Source of the DNA: Gammaproteobacteria bacterium
GTDB lineage: Bacteria; Pseudomonadota; Gammaproteobacteria; GCA-001735895
Direction: 5' to 3'
Length of the DNA stretch: 52,747 nucleotides
Assembly: GCA_041569645.1 (NCBI GenBank)
Contig: JBFFXR010000002.1
Span: 1-52,747 of the forward strand
Below, one piece after another: positions 10,323-17,842 of this stretch. The translations under genes and the position numbers were made by a program. How positions within the stretch are numbered: the stretch's first letter is position 1; each line of letters starts with the position of its first letter. The notes under the pieces were generated by a model, which was not told the DNA's origin, did no database searches, and saw only the letters and a list, made by a program, of their open reading frames with translations.

Positions 10323-11624
10323 ATGGGCAACACGCAGGATATGGTGGAATGGTTTCGCGCCGCGGCGCCGTACATCCGGGCGCACCGCGAGCGAACCTTC
10401 GTCATTCTGGTCGCCGACGAGCTCATCCTGTCCGAGCGTTTCGTCGGGCTGACGCACGATATCGCCCTGCTCCACCATCTCGGCGTCAAGCTGGTGCTGC
10501 TGCACAGCAGCCGGCGCAGCATCGATGCGCAGCTCGCGCGGCACGGCATCGAGGCGCGCTTTCACCACCACGTTCGCGTCACCGACGCCGACGCCCTGCC
10601 GTGCGTCGTGCAGGCCGTCAACGAGGTCAGAACCCGTTTCGAATCACATTTGTCGATGGGTTTGCCGAACACGCCGATGTCGGGTTCGGAGATTTCGCTG
10701 GTCAGCGGTAATTTCGTCACCGGCATGCCGCTCGGCGTTATCGACGGGGTCGACATGCAGCACTCGGGCAAGGTGCGAGCAATCCGCCACGGCGCGATAC
10801 GCGAGCTGCTCGCGCAAAATCACGTCGTCTTGCTGTCCAACCTCGGCTACTCGCGCAGCGGTGAAGTCTTCAACCTGCCGGCCGAGGAACTCGCCGGCGA
10901 AGTCGCGCGCGCGCTGGCGGCCGACAAGCTGATTTATGCGATGGCCGAGCTCGGCGACGACGGCGCGCTGCGCAATACGCTGTCGACGCAGGACTGCGAG
11001 GTGCTGATTGGCGCGCCCGAGTTGCCCGACGATCTGAAAAACCTGCTGCGCCAGGCAATCTACGCGATCCAGGGCGGAGTACGGCGCGCGCACCTGATCG
11101 ATCAGCGCGTCGACGGCGGCCTGCTGCTCGAGCTGTTCACCCGCGACGGCTACGGCAGCATGGTCACCAACCTGTTCTACGAGGGAATCCGCGATGCGAC
11201 GATCGACGATATCGGCGGCATCTTGCAGCTGATCGAACCGCTCGAAGCCAGCGGCACGCTGGTACCGCGCTCGCGCGAGCAGCTCGAACTCGAGATCGGC
11301 CATTTCCAGGTTATCGACAAGGACGGCATGATCGTCGGCTGCATCGCCTGCATCCCCGACCGCGTCGCCGGGATCGCCGAGATCGCCTGCCTCGCGGTGC
11401 ACGACGATTACCGCAACGCCGGGCTCGGCGGCGAACTGCTCGAGCGCGCCGAGGGACGCGCCGCGGAGGCCGGCCTGGGCCGGCTATATACGCTGACGAC
11501 GCGCAGCTCACACTGGTTTCTCGAGCACGGCTACGCCGAGGAAGATGACTTCGACCTGCCAGATACGAAGCGGGCGAGCTATAATCCCGGGCGAGGCTCG
11601 AAGATACTGGCGAAGTCCATCTAA
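10323..11624 (+). CDS. argA: amino-acid N-acetyltransferase (N-acetylglutamate synthase)
   Basis: Track ORF 10290..11624. I prefer the ATG at 10323 (MGNTQDMVEWFRAAAPYIRAHRERTFVI, GAAAG 5 nt upstream). AAK-like domain plus C-terminal GNAT (CLAVHDDYRNAGLGGELL). Confidence 0.88.
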   Translation: MGNTQDMVEWFRAAAPYIRAHRERTFVILVADELILSERFVGLTHDIALLHHLGVKLVLLHSSRRSIDAQLARHGIEARFHHHVRVTDADALPCVVQAVNEVRTRFESHLSMGLPNTPMSGSEISLVSGNFVTGMPLGVIDGVDMQHSGKVRAIRHGAIRELLAQNHVVLLSNLGYSRSGEVFNLPAEELAGEVARALAADKLIYAMAELGDDGALRNTLSTQDCEVLIGAPELPDDLKNLLRQAIYAIQGGVRRAHLIDQRVDGGLLLELFTRDGYGSMVTNLFYEGIRDATIDDIGGILQLIEPLEASGTLVPRSREQLELEIGHFQVIDKDGMIVGCIACIPDRVAGIAEIACLAVHDDYRNAGLGGELLERAEGRAAEAGLGRLYTLTTRSSHWFLEHGYAEEDDFDLPDTKRASYNPGRGSKILAKSI

Positions 11625-12562
11625 TGCCCTACGATCTGAGCAACTATCTCGTCATCGGCGTATCGTCGCGCGCGCTGTTCGACCTGAACCGCGAAAACGA
11701 AATCTACGAGCAACAGGGTCTCGAGGCCTATTGCCAGTACCAGCTCGAGCACGAAAACGACGTGCTCAAGCCGGGCACCGGCTTCGCGCTGATCGACGCG
11801 ATCCTGCGCATCAACCAGATCGAGGCCGGCGTGCGTCGCACCGAGGTCGTGATCGTTTCGCGCAACTCGGCCGATACCAGTCTGCGGATTTCCAACTCGA
11901 TCGATCACTACCGGCTCGATATTACCCGCGCCGCATTCACCGGTGGCGAGCCGGTGGCCAAGTATTTGAACGCCTTCGACGTCGACCTGTTCCTGTCGGC
12001 AACCGAGGAAGACGTGCAGGCCGCGGTCGAATCGGGCGTCGCCGCCGGACTGATTTACGACGGGCCGCGGCGCGAGCGCGCCGACCCGCTGGAACAGATC
12101 CGCATCGCTTTCGACGGTGACGCAGTCCTGTTCTCTAAGGAATCGGAGATGATCTACCAGAACCAGGGTCTCGAGGCTTTCATCGCCCACGAGAAGCAAA
12201 ACGCGCAGCAGCCCCTGCCCGAGGGACCATTTGCCAAGCTGCTGAAAACCCTGTCCTACCTGCAGTTCGACCTGAAACGCAAGGCCGGCCGCGACAAGCC
12301 GCCGATACGCACCGCGCTGGTCACGGCGCGCAACAGTCCGGCGCACGAGCGCGTGATCCGCACGCTACGCACCTGGAACGTACGCATCGACGAAACGTTT
12401 TTTCTCGGCGGGGTGCCGAAACACAAGATTCTCGAATCCTTTTCGCCGCACATCTTCTTCGACGACCAGCACCTGCACTGCGAGGGCGCGGCGCCGATCG
12501 TGCCGACCGCGCGGGTACCTTATCTGAAGGATTCGACCGAAGACGAGTCGGAGACGGCCTGA
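11624..12562 (+). CDS. 5'-nucleotidase family protein (cytosolic 5'-nucleotidase-like)
   Basis: 312 aa; N-terminus YLVIGVSSRALFDLNRENEIYE...AFDGDAVLFS...FFDDQ resembles the bacterial 5'-nucleotidase/HAD-like family as I recall it. Start overlaps the argA stop (TAATG). Confidence 0.65.
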   Translation: MPYDLSNYLVIGVSSRALFDLNRENEIYEQQGLEAYCQYQLEHENDVLKPGTGFALIDAILRINQIEAGVRRTEVVIVSRNSADTSLRISNSIDHYRLDITRAAFTGGEPVAKYLNAFDVDLFLSATEEDVQAAVESGVAAGLIYDGPRRERADPLEQIRIAFDGDAVLFSKESEMIYQNQGLEAFIAHEKQNAQQPLPEGPFAKLLKTLSYLQFDLKRKAGRDKPPIRTALVTARNSPAHERVIRTLRTWNVRIDETFFLGGVPKHKILESFSPHIFFDDQHLHCEGAAPIVPTARVPYLKDSTEDESETA

Positions 12563-12578
12563 GCGAGGGCCGCGATGA

Positions 12579-12995
12579 TCAGTCGTCGCGGCGCTGCTTT
12601 TCCAGCCGCTCGTGCTTTTCCTGCGCTTCGACGGTCAGCGTCGCGATCGGTCGCGCTTCGAGGCGGAACAGGCCGATTTCCTCGCCGGTGTCGTCGCAGT
12701 AACCGTAGGTACCGTCGGCGACCCTCGAGAGCGCGGCATCGATTTTGTTAACCAGTTTACGGTAGCGGTCGCGCGTGCGGAGCTCCAGCGCGGCGTCGGT
12801 CTCGAGCGAAGCCCGGTCGTTGATGTCGGGTTCTTGCCAGTTTTCTTCTTTCAGGTGCGAAATCGTATTTTCCGATTCCTGCAGCAACTCCGAGCGCCAG
12901 GCCAGTAATTTGCGCCGGAAATACTCGAGTTGCTGCGGTGACATATACTCTTCTTTCGGGGATGGCTTGTAGCCGTCGGGCAGCTCTATTGTCAT
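12579..12995 (-). CDS. dksA: RNA polymerase-binding transcription factor DksA, variant lacking 3 of the 4 zinc-finger cysteines
   Basis: 138 aa; EYMSPQQLEYFRRKLLAWR, coiled-coil tip DINDRA (DxxDxA), YGYCDDTGEEIGLFRLEARPIATLTVEAQ aligning to E. coli [29 protein letters not shown]. Confidence 0.88.
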   Translation of the reverse strand: MTIELPDGYKPSPKEEYMSPQQLEYFRRKLLAWRSELLQESENTISHLKEENWQEPDINDRASLETDAALELRTRDRYRKLVNKIDAALSRVADGTYGYCDDTGEEIGLFRLEARPIATLTVEAQEKHERLEKQRRDD

Positions 12996-13184
12996 TGATT
13001 TGCGCTCCAGAAGTTAACCAATAGCAATAAAAGGCGGGCAGTATAGGGAGGTTTATGGCCTTCAGCAAGTCACCCGCGTTAATTTTTTCCACGCGGCGAA
13101 ATCCCGCGTTTTGCCGCACAGCGGTTATAATCATAGACTTGAAAATCCCGATTTCCAGAATCGATCCGACTGCCTCCTGAATCG

Positions 13185-13412
13185 ATGTTTCTCATGCGCC
13201 TGATCGTCCTGCTCGTCATCGTCGCGATCCTGCTTTGGCTGCTGAAGCGCCTGTTTTCGCCGAGCCCACCCCCGCAGCGCCTCGAGGCGCAGGGCTCGGA
13301 AGACATGCGCCAGTGCAAATACTGCGGCGTGCATGTCCCCGAATCCTCGGTCGTCGTCCGCGATAACGAATCCTACTGCTGCGCCGAACATGCAGAGCTT
13401 GACCGGCAATAA
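13185..13412 (+). CDS. small membrane-anchored Cys-rich protein upstream of pilS (PP0621-family-like)
   Basis: 75 aa; one TM helix (LIVLLVIVAILLWLL), Pro-rich linker SPSPPPQ, then CKYCGVHVPES...YCCAEHA (CxxC...CCxxH). Its 3' end overlaps the pilS start. Confidence 0.6.
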   Translation: MFLMRLIVLLVIVAILLWLLKRLFSPSPPPQRLEAQGSEDMRQCKYCGVHVPESSVVVRDNESYCCAEHAELDRQ

Positions 13413-15015
13413 ATCCTTCGACAGCGGCTACAAGCGGCGGTCGACGAACTGGACTTCGGTACGCCTGCTCAACGTCTACCGGCTGGGTCTGGCGTCGATT
13501 TTCGTCAGCCAGAGTTTCGTCCGCGACTCGCCACTGCTCAATATCGTCGATCTGACGCTTTTCTCGTGGACCAGCTTCGCCTATCTGTTGCTGTCGATGA
13601 TCTGGATCGTAGCCGCCTGGATCGAGCGCCGCGGATTCCAGGTGCAGGTATCGCTGCAGATTTACTGCGACACGATTATCATCATTTTGCTGATGCACGC
13701 CTGCGGCGGAATTTCCAGCGGCCTCGGCATGCTGCTGATCATCTCGGTGGCGACCACCGGGTTGCTGACCCAGCAGTCGCTGGCGATTCTGTTCGCGTCA
13801 CTGGCGTCGCTCGGCTTGCTTGCCCAGCACATTTTTTCGGTAACCAGTGTTCCCGACTATACCGGCACCTCGACTCAGGTCGGGATACTCGGCGCGAGCC
13901 TGATCGCGACCGCCGTCGTGACCCATAATCTGATCATGCGCGTGCGTTCCAGCGAGCAGCTCGTACAGCAGCGCGAGCGCGACGTCGCGCTGCTGTCGGC
14001 GCTCAACCAGGAAGTCATCGAGAACCTGCAGGCCGGCGTCATCGTACTCAACCGCAACGATCGAATTCGCCACATCAACCAGGCGGCTCTCGATCTGCTG
14101 CATTTGCCGGGCGACCGGGCGATCATCCTGAGCGAGGATTGCCCACGCCTGCAGGCGGCGCTCGAAGCCTGGCGCCAGGCTGGCGAAGACGAGCGGCCGC
14201 TGCTGCCGACCGAGACCGGACTCGACGATATCCAGGTCAGCTTTCGCCGCCTCAAGGGGCTCGAACAGGCCAACACGCTGATTTTTATCAATGACGTATC
14301 GTCGATTCGCGACAGCATGCAGCAGGCCAAGCTCGCCGCGCTCGGCCACCTGACCGCGAGTATCGCGCACGAGATCCGCAATCCGCTCGGCGCGATCTCC
14401 TATGCCGCCGAGTTGCTGCACGAAAACGATGACATCGAGCAATCCGAGCAGCGCATGGTCGAGATCATCAACCAGCACACCGCGCGCATCAACCATATCA
14501 TCGAGGACATACTCAGGATATCGCGCGGCAATCCGACGGCTCGCGAAAGTATCGATCTCGAGTCCTGGTTACCGCGTTTCGTCGACGATTTTTGCCATTC
14601 CGGACTTGCCCGCCCCGAGCAATTCGAAGTCGAAATCGCCGCCGAGCAACCGCTGATCGAGTTCGACTCCGGTCATCTGGCGCAAATTCTGACCAATCTG
14701 TGCAGCAATGCGCTGATTCACGGCATTGCCGACAAACCGATCACGCTGCGCGTCGCCGTGGTCGACAGCTTCCATACCCAGATCGAGATCGCCGATCGCG
14801 GCCCGGGAATCGATCCCGCGGTGCTCGACAAGATCTTCGAGCCGTTCTACACGACCAGCCATCAGGGTTCGGGGCTCGGCCTGTATATCGTCGGACAATT
14901 GTGCGAACTCAACAATGCCTCGATCTCGGCGCGCATCAATCAGCATGACGGCACCAGCTTCGTGCTGCGCGCGCATTCGTCGGTCATCCGGCAACCGCAA
15001 CGGGTCGCGTCATGA
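13390..15015 (+). CDS. pilS: sensor histidine kinase PilS (multi-TM, PAS-like, HisKA, HATPase_c)
   Basis: Track ORF 13333..15015; ATG at 13390 (MQSLTGNK) chosen. About 6 TM helices, H-box LGHLTASIAHEIRNPL, N-box NLCSNALIHG, G-boxes DRGPGI and GSGLGL. Followed by pilR and sigma-54 pilin genes. Confidence 0.85.
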   Translation: MQSLTGNKSFDSGYKRRSTNWTSVRLLNVYRLGLASIFVSQSFVRDSPLLNIVDLTLFSWTSFAYLLLSMIWIVAAWIERRGFQVQVSLQIYCDTIIIILLMHACGGISSGLGMLLIISVATTGLLTQQSLAILFASLASLGLLAQHIFSVTSVPDYTGTSTQVGILGASLIATAVVTHNLIMRVRSSEQLVQQRERDVALLSALNQEVIENLQAGVIVLNRNDRIRHINQAALDLLHLPGDRAIILSEDCPRLQAALEAWRQAGEDERPLLPTETGLDDIQVSFRRLKGLEQANTLIFINDVSSIRDSMQQAKLAALGHLTASIAHEIRNPLGAISYAAELLHENDDIEQSEQRMVEIINQHTARINHIIEDILRISRGNPTARESIDLESWLPRFVDDFCHSGLARPEQFEVEIAAEQPLIEFDSGHLAQILTNLCSNALIHGIADKPITLRVAVVDSFHTQIEIADRGPGIDPAVLDKIFEPFYTTSHQGSGLGLYIVGQLCELNNASISARINQHDGTSFVLRAHSSVIRQPQRVAS

Positions 15016-16358
15016 CCCGCCAGCGCGTGCTGATCGTCGACGACGAGCCGGATATTCGCGAACTGCTCGAGATCACGCTGCTGCGCATGGGCCTGGAGAC
15101 CCGCAGCGCCGAGGACTACAGTCACGCGACCCGACTGCTGCACGAGGAATCCTTCGATCTCTGTCTGACCGACATGAAGCTGCCGGACGGCGACGGCATC
15201 GCGCTGGTCGAACACATCCAACAGCACTGGCCGGATACACCGACCGCGGTAATCACCGCTCACGGCAGCATCGATCTGGCGATCAAGGCGATGAAATGCG
15301 GCGCCTTCGACTTCGTCTCCAAGCCGGTATCGCTCGACACCTTGCGCAACCTGGTCGAAAAGGCGCTGACCCTGCCGCGCTTGATCCAGCATGAGCCGGA
15401 CGTTGCCGATTCGCGCTATCGCATCGTCGGCGAGGCGCCGACGATGGTCGAGCTCAAACGCTCGATCGCGAAGTTCGCGCGCAGCCAGGCGCCGGTATAC
15501 ATCCAGGGCGAATCGGGTACCGGCAAGGAGCTCGTCGCCCGCCAGATCCACCTGCAGGGTTCGCGCGCGGACGCGCCGTTCATCGCCGTCAACTGCGGTG
15601 CGATCCCGTCGGAATTGATGGAGAGCGAGCTGTTCGGCCATCTGAAAGGCAGCTTCACCGGCGCGACCAGCGACAGCGATGGCCTGTTCAAGGCGGCCAG
15701 CGGCGGCACCTTGTTTCTCGACGAGATCGCTGACCTGCCGCTGGCGATGCAGGTCAAGCTGCTGCGCGTGATCCAGGAGAAATCGATCCGCCCGGTCGGC
15801 GCGCAGCAGGAAACCCCGGTCGACGTCCGCATCATCAGCGCGTCGCACAGAGATCTCGACGCGATGGTCAAGAACGGCGAATTTCGCCAGGATCTGTATT
15901 ACCGGATCAACGTCATCGGCGTCAGCGTACCGACGCTTGCCGAACGCGCGGGCGACCTACCGGCACTGACCAGGTACATGATCGAACGCCACAACCGCGA
16001 ATTCGGCAGCCGCATCGAGATATCGAAGGCGGCACTCGATTCGCTCGAGCAATATCCGTTTCCCGGTAACGTGCGCGAGCTCGAAAACATCCTCGAGCGC
16101 GCACTGGCGCTGTGCGAAAATGACCGCATCGAGCCCGACGATCTGCAACTGCCGGCCGTCAGTTCGGCAATCGACGAATCCGCGCCGAGCCTCGGCGAAC
16201 TGACGCAAAACCTCGAAAAAGAGCAAATCGTCAACGCCCTCGAGGAACATCGCTGGAATCAGTCGGCGGCCGCGCGTGCGCTCGGCATCACGCTACGCCA
16301 GCTGCGCTACCGAATCGACAAACTCGAGCTCAGGAAAGACGAGCGCGGCGATTCGTGA
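15012..16358 (+). CDS. pilR: sigma-54-dependent response regulator PilR
   Basis: 448 aa; REC (VLIVDDEPDIR...TDMKLPDGDG), AAA+ (GESGTGKE, GAFTGA-like GSFTGA, ESELFGH), C-terminal HTH (NQSAAARALGITLRQLRYRI). ATGA overlap with pilS. Confidence 0.9.
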   Translation: MTRQRVLIVDDEPDIRELLEITLLRMGLETRSAEDYSHATRLLHEESFDLCLTDMKLPDGDGIALVEHIQQHWPDTPTAVITAHGSIDLAIKAMKCGAFDFVSKPVSLDTLRNLVEKALTLPRLIQHEPDVADSRYRIVGEAPTMVELKRSIAKFARSQAPVYIQGESGTGKELVARQIHLQGSRADAPFIAVNCGAIPSELMESELFGHLKGSFTGATSDSDGLFKAASGGTLFLDEIADLPLAMQVKLLRVIQEKSIRPVGAQQETPVDVRIISASHRDLDAMVKNGEFRQDLYYRINVIGVSVPTLAERAGDLPALTRYMIERHNREFGSRIEISKAALDSLEQYPFPGNVRELENILERALALCENDRIEPDDLQLPAVSSAIDESAPSLGELTQNLEKEQIVNALEEHRWNQSAAARALGITLRQLRYRIDKLELRKDERGDS

Positions 16359-16401
16359 CATTCGCTGTCAAAATTTGACATTTTTGTCAAACTTTTCTGT
16401 C
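16356..16401 (+). promoter_or_regulatory. candidate PilR upstream activating sequence: cluster of TGTC/GACA elements including a perfect 15-bp palindrome
   Basis: TGACA 16356-16360, TGTCAAAATTTGACA 16366-16380 (7-bp arms), TGTCAAA again 16385-16391, CTGTC 16397-16401. About 75-120 nt upstream of the -24/-12 element. Confidence 0.55.
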
Positions 16402-16433
16402 GCCGGGCCACCAGAATCGCCGTCAAAACGCCA

Positions 16434-16446
16434 TAACATATTGATT
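16434..16446 (-). promoter_or_regulatory. IHF-like site between the UAS and the sigma-54 promoter
   Basis: Minus strand reads AATCAATATGTTA, matching WATCAA-N4-TTR; AT-rich surroundings. Confidence 0.35.
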
Positions 16447-16475
16447 TTACGATGTAATTATTTAACAACCCGGTT

Positions 16476-16491
16476 TGGCACCGGGATTGCA
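16476..16491 (+). promoter_or_regulatory. sigma-54 (-24/-12) promoter of the first pilin gene
   Basis: TGGCAC-cggga-TTGCA, an exact match to TGGCAC-N5-TTGCW, 75 nt upstream of the pilin ATG (16566). Confidence 0.85.
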
Positions 16492-16565
16492 TTCTATTCC
16501 AGCATGAAACGGCTTTGGTCGCTTTCTAAGTCGATTTTCAGGTTTTTTGACAAGAGGAAACTCAA

Positions 16566-17018
16566 ATGAAAAAAGTACAATCCGGCTTCACGCTGATTGA
16601 ATTGATGATCGTAGTCGCAATTATCGGCATCCTGGCCGCTATCGCGATTCCGCAGTACGCCGACTATACCCAGCGCACCAAGCTGGCCGGCGCGGTCGCA
16701 GGCATGGCGACTTACAAGACGACGATCGCCCTGTGTATCCAGGACCTGGGTACGCTGACCGGCTGTAACCACAACACCAACGGCATCCCGAACACGATTG
16801 CTGCGGGTAACAACGGTGCCGTTATCGCTTACGTCGACTCGGTTGCAGTCGCCAACGGCGTTATCACGATGGCATCCACCGGTATCGCAGCCGGTAGTAC
16901 CCTGCTCGCCGTGACGATGACCCCGGTTGCCGCTTCGGGCGCCGCCGCCATCGACTGGAACCTGACAGGTAATGGTTGCACGACCGCCGGTCGTTCGATC
17001 AAGTGCTCGGGTAACTAA
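16566..17018 (+). CDS. pilA: type IVa major pilin (copy 1)
   Basis: 150 aa; [31 protein letters not shown] prepilin leader and N-methyl-Phe site with Glu5; four Cys (two predicted disulfides), C-terminal [10 protein letters not shown] loop. Confidence 0.92.
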   Translation: MKKVQSGFTLIELMIVVAIIGILAAIAIPQYADYTQRTKLAGAVAGMATYKTTIALCIQDLGTLTGCNHNTNGIPNTIAAGNNGAVIAYVDSVAVANGVITMASTGIAAGSTLLAVTMTPVAASGAAAIDWNLTGNGCTTAGRSIKCSGN

Positions 17019-17032
17019 GCCGCCCGAGCAGG

Positions 17033-17063
17033 AAAAAAACGGGCCTTCGGGCCCGTTTTTTTT
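17033..17063 (+). terminator. intrinsic terminator after pilin copy 1 (A-tract / hairpin / T-tract, potentially bidirectional)
   Basis: AAAAAAA, then ACGGGCC-TTCG-GGCCCGT (7-bp stem, UUCG loop), then 8 T. Confidence 0.85.
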
Positions 17064-17102
17064 CCACCCCAGGATGGCAATCCAGTTTCGGAGGTAGGCG
17101 CA

Positions 17103-17555
17103 ATGAACAACAAATATTCCGGCTTTACCCTGATCGAATTGATGATCGTCGTTGCGATCATCGGCATCCTCGCCGCCATCGCGATTCCGCAGTACTCGGA
17201 CTACACGCAACGCACCAAGCTCGCGTCGGCACTGTCCGGCATCTCTTCCTATAAGGTCACGGTCGCGATGTGCCATGAAGATCTCGGCGTCATGGCCGGC
17301 TGTAACAGCGGCACGAACGACATCCCAAACGCGATCGCCGCCGGCAGTAACGGCGCGGCCGTAAACTACGTCGATTCGTTGTCGATCACCGACGGCGTCA
17401 TCACGCTGGTTTCGACCGGCATCGCGTCGGGTTCGACCAAACTCAGCCTGACGATCACACCGATTGCGTCGACCGCGTCGCGTTCGATCGACTGGAGACT
17501 GACCGGCAACGGTTGCACGACCGCCGGGCGCTCCATCAAGTGCACCAATAACTGA
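17103..17555 (+). CDS. type IVa pilin (copy 2, tandem paralog)
   Basis: 150 aa; [31 protein letters not shown]; same length, same four Cys positions and same [10 protein letters not shown] loop as copy 1; GGAGG RBS 8 nt upstream. Confidence 0.9.
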   Translation: MNNKYSGFTLIELMIVVAIIGILAAIAIPQYSDYTQRTKLASALSGISSYKVTVAMCHEDLGVMAGCNSGTNDIPNAIAAGSNGAAVNYVDSLSITDGVITLVSTGIASGSTKLSLTITPIASTASRSIDWRLTGNGCTTAGRSIKCTNN

Positions 17556-17575
17556 CGCGGGCGGTTCGGGGATGC

Positions 17576-17604
17576 AAAAAAGCGGGCTTGCGGCCCGTTT
17601 TTTT
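17576..17604 (+). terminator. intrinsic terminator after pilin copy 2
   Basis: AAAAAA, CGGGC-ttgcg-GCCCG stem-loop (17583-17597), then 7 T. Confidence 0.8.
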
Positions 17605-17842
17605 ATTCCAGAAACGATCCGCCCTGCTGCCCCGGCCGGACTCTGACAGCTGTCTCAACCCCTGGCTTAAGCTTGGCTTATAAGCGCATGATTTTGAACA
17701 TATTTCACATTTACCAGCGGTCGCCTTGAGCGGTCGATTTTTTGCGCCTATAGTAAGGTGCCAGATTCTCCAACAATCCCGCGAATCTGTAATATACTCA
17801 TTTCAATCGGGGTAAACCCTCTCTAGACCTGATGTTGTCCTT

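Noticed and set aside
17075-17090. Possible second sigma-54 promoter (TGGCAA-tccag-TTTCG) in front of pilin copy 2.
   Set aside because: The invariant -12 GC is replaced by TC. A start about 12 nt downstream would also fall after the GGAGG ribosome-binding site, leaving almost no leader.
17605-17842. Looked for a tRNA gene, integrase or pilin accessory gene (tfpO-like) downstream of the pilins, as found next to pilA in some Pseudomonas.
   Set aside because: No cloverleaf-compatible sequence (no GTTCGAATC-like T-arm) and no ORF. The segment looks like an ordinary pilB promoter region.
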